DNA from: Eledone cirrhosa
Taxonomy: Eukaryota
Length of the DNA: 64,000 nucleotides
Reading direction: 5' to 3'
Assembly (NCBI GenBank): GCA_964016885.1
Contig: OZ024746.1
Span: forward strand, 96,286,001-96,350,000
The notes beneath the pieces were generated by a model. The model worked only from the letters and a program-made list of their open reading frames with translations. It was not told where the DNA came from and did no database searches. The translations under genes and the position numbers were made by a program. This document shows positions 16,910 to 30,500 of the stretch, piece after piece; positions within the stretch are counted from its first letter, which is position 1; each line of letters begins with the position of its first letter.

Positions 16910-16975
16910 ATTGTATTTTGTCTGAAGAAGGCATACCATATTTTTAATATGATATCCCTGAAATATATATAATGA
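16910..16975 (+). ncRNA. Degenerate PLE-type mini-hammerhead
   Basis: CTGAAGA AGG...CCT GAAA TATA; stem I is weak. Confidence 0.45.
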
Positions 16976-17140
16976 AATAAATATGGTTTTATAAATGTAG
17001 TTTCCATTTGTTTAATATCGTAAAATACTCCAAAACTTGTTGAGTGCTTTTATATCAGTTATAAAATATTTACTCGTTGTAACCCAACAATTTTAAATAA
17101 AACTTTTGCATATATATATATATATGTATGTATGTATATA

Positions 17141-17298
17141 TACAGGTAATATTTCATTATAACGAATTTTTCATTATAATGAAATGTTTTCAATCCTCGA
17201 AGTAATAACTAACAAACACTCGATTTGTTCCTTATAAAGAATTTTTCGTTACAACGAATTTTTTATACCCCGTGAATATAATGGAATTCCACTGTATA
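17141..17298. mobile_element. Tc1/mariner (pogo-like) MITE, degenerate
   Basis: TA-CAGGTAATATTTCATTAT ... ATAATGGAATTCCACTG-TA, with internal ataacgaatttt subrepeats. Confidence 0.55.
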
Positions 17299-17365
17299 AT
17301 ACTTCATAGTGTAATTGGAGATAAATTCGTTATGAACATGTTTCTTAATTATTCATATGTATACT

Positions 17366-17610
17366 TACTCTCGGGGTCCCGAATAATCGACCCCCATCCC
17401 CACCCCACCCCGCTCTTATTCATTTTTCATATCCCCCTCCGAGCTCCGCTTGTTAAATGTTGCTAATCTAACTCCAGCGAAACTTTGGTTTTCAAAAGAA
17501 AACCAACGGAGACAACCTAGAAAAATTACCAATTTTCCAACCCCTACCCAGCTTATTCCAACCCCACCTCGGCTTATTCCAACCCGCCCCTATTATTTGG
17601 TACCTGAGAG
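17366..17610. mobile_element. MITE with ~20-bp imperfect TIRs
   Basis: CTCTCGGGGTCCCGAATAAT versus ATTATTTGGTACCTGAGAG. Confidence 0.55.
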
Positions 17611-17623
17611 AGCCTCTCTAGGT

Positions 17624-18109
17624 CAGTGCTTCTCAAACTATCTGATGTGGCGGACCGGCATTTTTTTTTTTCAATGTGCCACGTACCGCTAATATTTCGT
17701 AGTAATATTAATTTATACCGGAAATGATATATATATAATTGTTTCTATTTTTGGCACAAGGCCAGCAATTACCCCAGTGCATTACTGGTACTTTATTTTA
17801 TCGACCCCGTAAGGATGAAAGGCAAAGTTAACCTCGGCGGGATTTGAACTCAGAATGGCAAGGGCCATAACTCTATGCTACAAAGCATGGCGTCCGACCC
17901 TCTACTGCCAATCCACCGATAATAATAGTTGACTATTTTTTTATCTTCTATTTATTTTGTAAACAAATAATACAATATCAAAACATAAAAAAGTAATATA
18001 AAAAATTCCTCAAATGATTCCTTAGCATGGCCTGGACACTGGCCGCGTACCGGTAGCTGATGGCTCGCGTACCGGCACCGGTCCGTTACCACCAGTTTGA
18101 GTAGCACTG
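17624..18109. mobile_element. hAT (Charlie-like) MITE with nested SINE
   Basis: TIRs CAGTGCTTCTCAAACT / AGTTTGAGTAGCACTG; flanks ctctaggt / atctaggg resemble the NTCTAGAN-type target. Confidence 0.75.
17736..17918 (-). mobile_element. tRNA-derived SINE (Meta-domain-like core)
   Basis: Reverse complement has TGAGTTCAAATCCCGCCGAGG (B box) and GCCTTTCATCCTTACGGGGTCGATAAAATAAAGTACCAG. Confidence 0.85.
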
Positions 18110-18284
18110 ATCTAGGGGATAGAATCAATCACTTAAAGGCTTACCAATAACACAAACATCCATCGCTGAAATATTAAGTCATTAAGTATGAAATGTCCTT
18201 TTCCCTATGAACTTTTAATTCGAAATCGGACATTTTATACTTAATAACCTAATAACTGCAGCTATTATTGAAATACTTTAAATA

Positions 18285-18460
18285 GGCTGTGGATTGGCGG
18301 TATCGGTAGAGCGTCAGACTCAGACACCATGCTTTGAAGTATAGAGTTACGGCCCTTTACGTTCTGAGTCCAAATCTCGCCGAGGTTAACTTTGCTTAAA
18401 ATAAAGTACCAGTAATGCACTCGGATAATTTGCCTTGTGCCAAAAGTAGAAGCAATTATT
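18285..18460 (+). mobile_element. Same SINE family, internally deleted; further partial copy at ~18490-18580
   Basis: ggattggcggtatcggtagag...gccgaggttaactttgc...ccttgtgccaaaagtagaa. Confidence 0.8.
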
Positions 18461-18583
18461 GAAATACTTAAATATATCAGGGTACAGTATTTACGGTTCT
18501 TTACGTCCTCAGGTCAAACCCCATCGAGGTCAACTTTGCTTTTCGGCATTCCGGACATCAATAGAATAAGCTAGCAATCAATC

Positions 18584-19932
18584 TAGCAGTGGAGACTTCT
18601 GGTGGCCTTGGCCCTAGGACCACCTCCCTACTCACCACCATCGGCACCCCGTAGCAGAGGAGACTTCTGGTGTCCTTGGCCCTAGGACCACCTCCCTACT
18701 CACCACCATCGGCACCCCGTAGCAGGGGAGACTTCTGGTGTCCTTGGCCCTAGGACCACCTCCCTACTCACCACCATCGGCACCCCATAGCAGGGGAGAC
18801 TTCTGGTGTCCTTGGCCCTAGGACCACCTCCCTACTCACCACCATCGGCACCCCGTAGCAGGGGAGACTTCTGGTGTCCTTGGCCCTAGGACCACCTCCC
18901 TACTCACCACCATCGGCACCCCATAGCAGGGGAGACTTCTGGTGGCCTTGGCCCTAGGACCACCTCCCTACTCACCACCATCAGCACCCCGTAGCAGAGG
19001 AGACTTCTGGTGTCTTTGGCCCTAGGACCACCTCCCTACTCACCACCAACGGCACCTGTAGCAGTGGAGACTTCTGGTGTCCTTGGCCCTAGGACCACCT
19101 CCCTACTCACCACCATCGGCACCCCGTAGCAGAGGAGACTTCTGGTGGCCTTGGCCCTAGGACCACCTCCCTACTCACCACCATCAGCACCCCGTAGCAG
19201 AGGAGACTTCTGGTGGCCTTGGCCCTAGGACCACCTCCCTACTCATCACCATCGGCACCCCGTACCAGAGGAGACTTCTGGTGGCCTTGCCCTAGGAACA
19301 CCTCCCTACTCACCACCATCAGCACCCCGTAGCAGTGGAGACTTCTGGTGGCCTTGGCCCTAGGACCACCTCCCTACTCACCACCAACAGCACCCCATAG
19401 CAGAGGAGACTTCTGGTGTCCTTGGCCCTAGGACCACCTCTCTACTCACCACCAGCAGCACCCCGTAGCAGAGGAGACTTCTGGTGTCCTTGGCCCTAGG
19501 ACCACCTCCCTACTCACCACCATCGGCACCTGTAGCAGTGGAGACTTCTGGTGGCCTTGGCCCTAGGACCACCTCCCTACTCACCACCATCAGCACCCCG
19601 TAGCAGAGGAGACTTCTGGTGTCCTTGGCCCTAGGACCACCTCCCTACTCACCACCATCAGCACCCCGTAGCAGTGGAGACTTCTGGTGTCCTTGGCCAT
19701 AGGACCACCTCTCTACTCACCACCAGCAGCACCCCGTAGCAGAGGAGACTTCTGGTGTCCTTGGCCCTAGGACCACCTCCCTACTCACCACCAACAGCAC
19801 CCCATAGCAGAGGAGACTTCTGGTGTCCTTGGCCCTAGGACCACCTCCCTATTCACCACCATCGGCACCCCGTAACAGAGGAGACTTCTGGTGTCCTTGG
19901 CTCTAAGACCGCCTTCTTATTCACCACCATCG
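18584..19932. repeat. 68-bp GC-rich minisatellite, ~20 copies
   Basis: Unit TAGCAGAGGAGACTTCTGGTGTCCTTGGCCCTAGGACCACCTCCCTACTCACCACCATCGGCACCCCG at 18584, 18652, 18720 and onward. Confidence 0.97.
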
Positions 19933-20172
19933 GAACAGAGTTGGCTACCAGCAGGTGTGGGCCTAACGAGCTGGAATGGCTCTTCCCTCATCATCCTCCG
20001 GGGAAACGCCTTCTCTATTCTGGCCACCGGGGCCGTGAGGAAGCCAGCGCGTGGGCTCCAATTTACTTATAATAGTGAGAGATGGGGAGAGCGGGAGAGA
20101 CGGAAACAGTGACAATGGGAGTTTGGATCCATTGTGTTCGGACCAGGTGTGTATATATATATATATATATAT

Positions 20173-20489
20173 ATACAGTTGTCCCCCGGTAATCGCGGGT
20201 GATTACGTTCCTAGAGCACCCGCGAAAGATGAAAAATCGCGAATATTGGACGTGGGCCACAAAAATGCCTATAAACGTCAAAATAATTTCAAAAAGAGGA
20301 ACGTTTTATGCGAGAGGAGCATACAATAGACCGGCAAATACGGTATATTGCTATTAAAAATTTACCGTTAAAAATATATATTACCACGAAAAAAGCCATA
20401 AAAAATCGCGAAGATATTTACGATTCCGCGAATATGAAGTGGTTACCACGAACAATTATTAGTTAGGAAAATTCCGGGGGTACACTGTA
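20173..20489. mobile_element. Tigger/pogo-like MITE
   Basis: TA-CAGTTGTCCCCCGG ... CCGGGGGTACACTG-TA, with internal cgcgaa subrepeats. Confidence 0.7.
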
Positions 20490-20513
20490 GATTTATTTAC
20501 CACACCACATAAT

Positions 20514-23500
20514 CAGTGGCGTAACTAGCTTTTAAAGCCGGGGGGGGGATGCAAATTCGATCTAAAGGGTGCCCACCAATTCCATACGCTCATTTCCATC
20601 GGCTGCAGAGAAATATGTTCATACACGCATATAGAATAGATAATAATTTATAATAGAGTAGACAGCATCATAGATTACAGAGTTAGCATGTGCCGTGAAA
20701 ACTTTATTAACATCCAATAAAACTAGTTTTGCAATCGATTATTCACCAACAAAAATTCGTATGTACAATAAATCGTCCATCTAAAACTTTACATTCACAT
20801 TCGAGCACATCACTTGTTCTACAGTTCTAATTTGCGATGTTTTACTTTAGAAAATTTTTCACTCACGATGCTGAAGTCAAATTTTTCAGCCAGTTCTCGC
20901 TCTATGTACATCATTGCCAGAGCATTCAACCGCTCTTCACTCATGGTACTACGCAAATAATTCTTTATCAGTTTGAGCCTGCTGAAGGTTCGCTCAGCCT
21001 GCGCCGAGCTAACCGGAATAGTTATGAACATTTTGTATAAGGCAAACACGTTCGGATAGGCTCTATCTAAGTCATTAGAAATCATAAACGGAACGATCTC
21101 AGAACTCGATATGGATTTATCTAAACACACTTCCTTGTAAAAATCTTTGAATGATAAATACTCGTCGAAGATAGTGTCGTTTTCGATGTCACCCTCGTAG
21201 AATTTCACAAGATTATCGATTCTCTCTTTATTGCATGTGTCGTCGTCGTCGAAGTGCGCCGGTATCAAGCACGAAAAATCCTTCAATAGACCGTGAAAGT
21301 CGGCAAAACGTTCGTTAAAGCTACTAATGATTCTATCTAGGATAGTGAAATAAACGTCCCGTTTAAAATGCTGACTCATCGTCTCATGAGGTTCGTCACT
21401 GGCATTTTCGTCATGAAAACGCTTCTTTTTTCTTTTCCGTTTTTCTGTTGTAAATTCTGGTTCAACTTGACATTGCTCGGCGAGATTTTTAGCGTCTGAT
21501 AATGTTCGGTCAAAATATTCATTTGAGCGGATGTCTTCAATTTCTTTTACTACATTTTTAATCATGACGTCTGCGGAATATAAGTCGATAGCCTCCTTCT
21601 GCAAATATTGTGAAACAGAATGCAGCTTTTTAAGTAAATTCTGAAAAAACTTCAACATGAAAATGAATTCAAACTTGCTCACATTTAGTAGCAAACCTCT
21701 GGCCTCAGCTAATACTTTCGGAGCAGTGTTGTGAACATCCCCACTTATTATCCTCTCTAGTGCACTTATTACTGCCGGTAAGTTGTTAATGGTAGCCTCT
21801 ACAGCCTGAATGTGACTAAACCAGCGGGTATCTGAGAGCCTTTTTAATGTTAATACCGTTGAAGTCAATAGTTTTTCTTGTTCTTCTTCGAGGATGTTCA
21901 GCCTTGGCAAGCTTGATGTGAAGAAAACATACAGGCTCTCCAATATACAAAAAAATAATTTACCATCCATTGACGATTGGCTAGCATCGATTAACACCAG
22001 GTTCAGGTTATGAGCGCAACAATGGACGTAAACAGCTTTCGAAAAGCATCCCTCTTTAACTCTAGTCTGAAGCCCAGAAATATGGCCGGACATATTCGAC
22101 GCTCCGTCGTAAGCTTGTCCCCTAATATATTGAGCATCCAAGGATAGATCCTGGAAAAGAACTTTCACAAGCGTATCGTAAAATGATTCAGTGGCTGCTG
22201 ATTCTAGTTCACAAAACAACAGGAAATGCTCCTGTGCGTGGCCACTTTTCGATACATATCGCAGTGACACAGAGCATTGATCCTGATGCGAAATGTCTAT
22301 TGTGGAATCGACGATGACTGAATAATATTTTGCCGATTTCACTTCCGTGATTATTTGTTGAGTACATTCGTTTGCCAGGCATTCTATGAATTCGTTTTTT
22401 TAATTTTGGACTTAAGTACATAGACTGTCTTTTAGTGCGCCGAGGCGAGAATAAATGGCTTTCCAAGATCGTATCATACTTGGCCATCAATTTAAACAAT
22501 TCAATAAAGTTTGCTTCATTTTCTGATTTGGCGCCAAGTCCAGCATATTCCCTGTGACCTCTGAAGGCCAGGCCTTGTTTTGCGAGAAATAACGTACAAT
22601 CAAGCAATCGCCTCAATATCTGGCGATTTCGTTCAATTCGCTTCTTCTCTTCATGGATGAGGTTATCGATCACCGTTTTATCTGCGTCCAAACGATATTT
22701 TGTCATGAAGTATTGCTTTTGTGCATTGATGTGAATGGCACTTTTCTCATGCTTGGCAATTTACGATTCCCTTTTTGAAGTTTGCCATCTCACACTCTGG
22801 ATTACCCCAAGTCTTCAAGTAAGATTCGGCATTTTTATCAGCAAACAGCCAACAACAAAAGCAATATAGTCTGTTGGATTCAGGAGAGTATACTAACCAG
22901 TGTCGGTCAACTTTATGGATTCCAGCACACTTTCTCTTGTACCAACTGATGTTGAATTTTCTGTGGTTCGAGTCGAGAGGGAAATCAGCAAAATTATCTT
23001 TCAATCCTGGCTGACAAGGACCAACGGCCATGAGGGCGCGAATTAGAGGTGTCGTCAATGGTCTGTCCTCAAAATGTTTTGGGTCGCTTGGATACTCCTC
23101 TTGTAAATTCAACATTCATTCTACTGGCTCATACTCTGGGATTTGTTTTGCCAATGTAGTTTCCTCTGAATCATTTTCATTTTCAGATTCCGATACAGCC
23201 ATTTTCCCCTCTATTGAGTTCGGATCCCCAGTTGGAACTATATCTTCAGTGACTACGACGGTTGTTGAGATAGTCGATGGACCTGAGGCATCTTCGACGT
23301 CAGGTTCTCGCGACTCTCCAGTGCTTTTCTGTTTCTCCAGTTCATCTGACCAGACTGATTCGCGGAAATTCCGGCAGTTACATTGCTTTGGGATGCGTCA
23401 CTACTTGTTGACGAAGACTGTTGACTTTTCAGAAAACTTGTGATTAGATGACATTTCTTTGCAGATTCTTCCGTGGCAGCTTGTCTAGCTTCTCTCCTCT

Positions 23501-24466
23501 TTGTTGCTCCAGTTTTGTAAGTTTTTTTAGGCAGCATTGTTAATGAGCACTATATTGACACTGTTTTCCAGTGGCTTTGTCTTAAAAAAAAAAATTCTTC
23601 CTTTTTCCTTTTTCTCTTTTTTTTTTCTATAAGTCTTTAAGTGCCGAAATAGCTTGTGATTAGAAAGCCACTTCACTTACGGCATTTCTCTGGTCCTGGC
23701 AACAAAACATAGAGCAAAAGTCCAGGAAATATCGCAAATACCAAATTGTTCTAAAATGTGACTAATGATAAAAAGTAACAACATAAATAAAAATATTATA
23801 TATATTTTTTTCTATATATACACATAATATATAGATATATGTGTGTGTATATACTAATGCATAATTATACTTTTAATTAAATATTAGGTTAAAAACCTGA
23901 GTATCGAGAATAACATAAGCATGTATTATAACATTTCAAACAAATAGAATAATATAGAATTTAGATATCAAATCATTTATTTATATTTACAAATCAAAGA
24001 ATATAATAATCGGTTTTTAATGAGATCCCTGTGATTGATGCAAGGCTACTAATTTGTCAATGTTTGGTGTGAAAGCCGTTAGAGAGAGTCGTAAATCACC
24101 TCTTCTTTCTATATCAAGGCGATTTTGACTTTTTGAAAGCAGATGCATCACCTGACTGAAATCTGACTCAACTAAATAAGATGTGGGGAAAGCAAGTAAA
24201 AAAAATTTAACGTTTTTATTCGACGGAATATTGTCTATACTTTTTTTTAGATGCAGTTGCCATTTTATCCGAAATATTATATTTTTTAAATAAACAAGAG
24301 ATTGGTCTTAACTTCTAGTCTTATTAGAGATTTCTTTACGTTGTTGTAGTTAAGGATTCGTAATTACATGTGTAATAAGTTATGTGTTTAGAATTATAGC
24401 CTGGGGGGGGGGCTACCTAGACGGACAGGAAACCTCCCCACCCCCACCCCGTTAGTTACGCCACTA
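20514..24466 (-). mobile_element. Full-length hAT transposon (Tip100/ZMYM1-like)
   Basis: TIRs CAGTGGCGTAACTAGC / GTTAGTTACGCCACTA; perfect 8-bp TSD CACATAAT at 20506-20513 and 24467-24474. Confidence 0.95.
20819..23537 (-). pseudogene. hAT transposase split by about three frameshifts (TTF-type zinc finger, DUF4371-like region, DDE, dimerisation domain)
   Basis: WLVYSPESNRLYCFCC; LAKQGLAFRGH; YYSVIVDSTIDIS; GQAYDGASNMSG; HCCAHNLNL; TRW; AERTFSRLKLIKNYLRSTMSEERLNAL. Confidence 0.92.
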
Positions 24467-24584
24467 CACATAATCAAATGCAGGATCAATTATCTATATT
24501 TCTACATTGCTCCACAGTTACGAATGGAATCAGAATAGAAATATTTAAATACAAAACCTGACACCTGAACGGCTACATACAACC

Positions 24585-27500
24585 ACAGCTACTACTGTTC
24601 AGCTCAGAGCTACTACAGCTACTACAGCTACTACAGCTACTACTGTTCAGCTCAGAGCTACTACAGCTACTACAGCTACTACAGCTACTACTGTTCAGCT
24701 CAGAGCTACTACAGCTACTACTGTTCAGCTCAGAGCTACTAGAGCTACTACAGCTACTACAGCTACTACAGCTACTACTGTTCGGCTCAGAGCTACTACA
24801 GCTACTACTGTTCAGCTGAGAGCTACTACAGCTACTACAGCTACTACAGCTACTACTGTTCGGCTCAGAGATACTACAGCTACTACAGCTACTACTGTTC
24901 AGCTCAGAGCTACTACAGCTACTACAGCTACTACAGCTACTACTGTTCAGCTCAGAGCTACTACAGCTACTACTGTTCAGCTCAGAGCTACTACAGCTAC
25001 TACTGTTCAGCTCAGAGCTACTACAGCTACTACAGCTACTACTGTTCAGCTCAGAGCTACTACAGCTACTACAGCTACTACAGCTACTACTGTTCAGCTC
25101 AGAGCTACTACAGCTACTACAGCTACTACTGTTCGGCTCAGAGCTACTACAGCTACTACTGTTCGGCTCAGAGCTACTACAGCTACTACTGTTCGGCTCA
25201 GAGCTACTACAGCTACTACTGTTCAGCTCAGAGCTACTACAGCTACTACAGCTACTACAGCTACTACTGTTCAGCTCAGAGCTACTACAGCTACTACAGC
25301 TACTACTGTTCAGCTCAGAGATACACCAGCTACTACAGCTACTACAGCTACTACTGTTCAGCTCAGAGCTACTACAGCTACTACTGTTCAGCTCAGAGCT
25401 ACTACAGCTACTACAGCTACTACAGCTACTACTGTTCAGCTCAGAGCTACTACAGCTACTACAGCTACTACTGTTCAGCTCAGAGATACTACAGCTACTA
25501 CAGCTACTACAGCTACTACTGTTCAGCTCAGAGCTACTACAGCTACTACAGCTACTACTGTTCAGCTCAGAGCTACTACAGCTACTACAGCTACTACAGC
25601 TACTACTGTTCAGCTCAGAGCTACTACAGCTACTACAGCTACTACAGCAACTACTGTTCAGCTCAGAGATACTACAGCTACTACAGCTACTACTGTTCAG
25701 CTCAGAGCTACTACAGCTACTACAGCTACTACTGTTCAGCTCAGAGCTACTACAGCTACTACAGCTACTACTGTTCAGCTCAGAGCTACTACAGCTACTA
25801 CAGCTACTACAGCTACTACTGTTCAGCTCAGAGCTACTACAGCTACTACAGCTACTACAGCGACTACTGTTCAGCTCAGAGCTACTACAGCTACTACAGC
25901 TACTACTGTTCAGCTCAGAGCTACTACAGCTACTACACCTACTACTGTTCAGCTCAGAGATACTACAGCTACTACAGCTACTACAGCTACTACAGCTACT
26001 ACAGCTACTACTGTTCAGCTGAGAGATACTACAGCTACTACAGCTACTACAGCTACTACAGCTACTACTGTTCAGCTCAGAGCTACTACAGCTACTACAG
26101 CTACTACTGTTCAGCTCAGAGATACAACAGCTACTACAGCTACTACAGCTACTACAGCTACTACAGCTACTACTGTTCAGCTCAGAGATACTACAGCTAC
26201 TACAGCTACTACTGTTCAGCTCAGAGATACACCAGCTACTACAGCTACTACAGTTCAGCTCAGAGCTACTACAGCTACTACAGCTACTACAGCGACTACT
26301 GTTCAGCTCAGAGCTACTACAGCTACTACAGCTACTACTGTTCAGCTCAGAGCTACTACAGCTACTACAGCTACTACAGCTACTACTGTTCAGCTCAGAG
26401 ATACTACAGCTACTACAGCTACTACTGTTCAGCTCAGAGCTACTACAGCTACTACAGCTACTACTGTTCAGCTCAGAGCTACTACAGCTACTACTGTTCA
26501 GCTCAGAGCTACTACAGCTACTACAGCTACTACTGTTCAGCTCAGAGCTACTACAGCTACTACAGCTACTACAGCTACTACTGTTCAGCTCAGAGCTACT
26601 ACAGCTACTACAGCTACTACAGCGACTACTGTTCAGCTCAGAGATACTACAGCTACTACAGCTACTACTGTTCAGCTCAGAGCTACTACAGCTACTACAG
26701 CTACTACAGCTACTACTGTTCAGCTCAGAGATACTACAGCTACTACAGCTACTACTGTTCAGCTCAGAGCTACTACAGCTACTACAGCTACTACTGTTCA
26801 GCTCAGAGCTACTACAGCTACTACAGCTACTACAGCTACTACTGTTCAGCTCAGAGCTACTACAGCTACTACTGTTCAGCTCAGAGCTACTACAGCTACT
26901 ACAGCTACTACAGCGACTACTGTTCAGCTCAGAGCTACTACAGCTACTACTGTTCAGCTCAGAGCTACTACAGCTACTACAGCTACTACAGCTACTACTG
27001 TTCAGCTCAGAGCTACTACAGCTACTACAGCTACTACAGCTACTACTGTTCAGCTCAGAGCTACTACAGCTACTACAGCTACTACTGTTCAGCTCAGAGC
27101 TCCTACAGCTACTACAGCTACTACAGCTACTACTGTTCAGCTCAGAGCTACTACAGCTACTACAGCTACTACAGCGACTACTGTTCAGCTCAGAGATACT
27201 ACAGCTACTACAGCTACTACTGTTCAGCTCAGAGCTACTACAGCTACTACAGCTACTACTGTTCAGCTCAGAGCTACTACAGCTACTACAGCTACTACTG
27301 TTCAGCTCAGAGATACTACAGCTACTACAGCTACTACTGTTCAGCTCAGAGCTACTACAGCTACTACAGCTACTACTGTTCAGCTCAGAGCTACTACAGC
27401 TACTACAGCTACTACTGTTCAGCTCAGAGCTACTACAGCTACTACTGTTCAGCTCAGAGCTACTACAGCTACTACAGCTACTACAGCGACTACTGTTCAG

Positions 27501-30500
27501 CTCAGAGCTACTACAGCTACTACTGTTCAGCTCAGAGCTACTACAGCTACTACAGCTACTACAGCTACTACTGTTCAGCTCAGAGCTACTACAGCTACTA
27601 CTGTTCAGCTCAGAGATACTACAGCTACTACAGCTACTACAGCTACTACTGTTCAGCTCAGAGGTACTACAGCTACTACAGCTACTACAGCTACTACTGT
27701 TCAGCTCAGAGCTACTACAGCTACTACAGCTACTACAGCGACTACTGTTCAGCTCAGAGATACTACAGCTACTACAGCTACTACTGTTCAGCTCAGAGCT
27801 ACTAGATCTACTACAGCTACTACAGCTACTACTGTTCAGCTCAGAGATACTACAGCTACTACAGCTACTACTGTTCAGCTCAGAGCTACTACAGCTACTA
27901 CAGCTACTACTGTTCAGCTCAGAGCTACTACAGCTACTACAGCTACTACTGTTCGGCTCAGAGGTACTACAGCTACTACAGCTACTACTGTTCAGCTCAG
28001 AGCTACTACAGCTACTACAGCTACTACTGTTCGGCTCAGAGGTACTACAGCTACTACAGCTACTACTGTTCAGCTCAGAGCTACTACAGCTACTACAGCT
28101 ACTACAGCTACTACTGTTCAGCTCAGAGCTACTACAGCTACTACAGCTACTACTGTTCGGCTCAGAGCTACTACAGCTACTACAGCTACTACAGTTCAGC
28201 TCAGAGCTACTACAGCTACTACAGCTACTACAGCTACTACAGTTCAGCTCAGAGCTACTACAGCTACTACAGCTACTACAGCTACTACTGTTCAGCTCAG
28301 AGCTACTACGGCTACTACAGCTACTACAGCTACTACTGTTCAGCTCAGAGCTACTACAGCTACTACAGGTACTACAGCTACTACTGTTCGGCTCAGAGAT
28401 ACTACAGCTACTACAGCTACTACTGTTCAGCTCAGAGCTTCTACAGCTACTACAGCTACTACAGCTACTACTGTTCAGATCAGAGCTACTACAGCTACTA
28501 CAGCTACTACAGCTACTACTGTTCAGCTCAGAGCTACTACAGCTACTACAGCTACTACTGTTCAGCTCAGAGCTACTACAGCTACTACAGCTACTACTGT
28601 TCAGCTCAGAGCTACTACAGCTACTACAGCTACTACAGCTACTACTGTTCGGCTCAGAGATACTACAGCTACTACAGCTACTACAGCTACTACTGTTCAG
28701 CTCAGAGCTACTACAGCTACTACTGTTCAGCTCAGAGCTACTACAGCTACTACAGCTACTACTGTTCAGCTCAGAGCTACTACAGCTACTACAGCTACTA
28801 CTGTTCAGCTCAGAGCTACTACAGCTACTACAGCTACAACAGCTACTACTGTTCGGCTCAGAGCTACTACAGCTACTACTGTTCAGCTCAGAGCTACTAC
28901 AGCTACTACTGTTCAGCTCAGAGCTACTACAGCTACTACAGCTACTACAGCTACTACTGGTCGGCTCAGAGCTACTACAGCTACTACAGCTACTACAGCT
29001 ACTACAGCTACTACTGTTCAGCTCAGAGCTACTACAGCTACTACAGCTACTACTGTTCAGCTCAGAGCTACTACAGCTACTACAGCTACTACTGTTCGGC
29101 TCAGAGATACTACAGCTACTACAGCTACTACAGCTACTACAGCTACTACAGCTACTACAGCTACTACTGTTCAGCTCAGAGCTACTACAGCTACTACAGC
29201 TACTACTGTTCAGCTCAGAGCTACTACAGCTACTACAGCTACTACTGTTCAGCTCAGAGATACTACAGCTACTACAGCTACTACAGCTACTACAGCTACT
29301 ACAGCTACTACTGTTCAGCTCAGAGCTACTACAGCTACTACAGCTACTACTGTTCAGCTCAGAGCTACTACAGCTACTACAGCTACTACAGCTACTACTG
29401 TTCGGCTCAGAGATACTACAGCTACTACAGCTACTACAGCTACTACAGCTACTACAGCTACTACTGTTCAGCTCAGAGCTACTACAGCTACTACTGTTCA
29501 GCTCAGAGCTACTACAGCTACTACAGCTACTACTGTTCAGCTCAGAGATACTACAGCTACTACAGCTACTACAGCTACTACAGCTACTACTGTTCAGCTC
29601 AGAGCTACTACAGCTACTACAGCTACTACAGCTACTACAGCTACTACTGTTCAGCTCAGAGCTACTACAGCTACTACTGTTCAGCTCAGAGCTACTACAG
29701 CTACTACAGCTACTACTGTTCAGCTCAGAGCTACTACAGCTACTACAGCTACTACAGCTACTACTGTTCAGCTCAGAGCTACTACAGCTACTACAGCTAC
29801 TACTGTTCAGCTCAGAGCTACTACAGCTACTACAGCTACTACTGTTCAGCTCAGAGCTACTACAGCTACTACAGCTACTACTGTTCAGCTCAGAGATACT
29901 ACAGCTACTACTGTTCGGCTCAGAGATACTACAGCTACTACAGCTACTACTGTTCAGCTCAGAGCTACTACAGCTACTACAGCTACTACTGTTCGGCTCA
30001 GAGGTACTACAGCTACTACAGCTACTACTGTTCAGCTCAGAGCTACTACAGCTACTACAGCTACTACTGTTCGGCTCAGAGGTACTACAGCTACTACAGC
30101 TACTACTGTTCAGCTCAGAGCTACTACAGCTACTACAGCTACTACAGCTACTACTGTTCAGCTCAGAGCTACTACAGCTACTACAGCTACTACTGTTCGG
30201 CTCAGAGCTACTACAGCTACTACAGCTACTACAGTTCAGCTCAGAGCTACTACAGCTACTACAGCTACTACAGCTACTACAGTTCAGCTCAGAGCTACTA
30301 CAGCTACTACAGCTACTACAGCTACTACAGCTACTACTGTTCAGCTCAGAGCTACTACAGCTACTACAGCTACTACTGTTCAGCTCAGAGCTACTACAGC
30401 TACTACAGGTACTACAGCTACTACTGTTCGGCTCAGAGATACTACAGCTACTACAGCTACTACTGTTCAGCTCAGAGCTTCTACAGCTACTACAGCTACT

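Noticed and set aside
17736-17918. tRNA genes from B-box matches
   Set aside because: These are SINE heads with no cloverleaf, followed by SINE core and tail.
18584-19932. CRISPR-like regular array
   Set aside because: No unique spacers, no cas genes, eukaryotic context; it is a plain minisatellite. The same applies to the 24.6-39.8 kb array.
20819-22342. Domesticated host gene (ZMYM1-like)
   Set aside because: Bounded by TIRs and TSD and frameshifted upstream, so it is a transposon copy.
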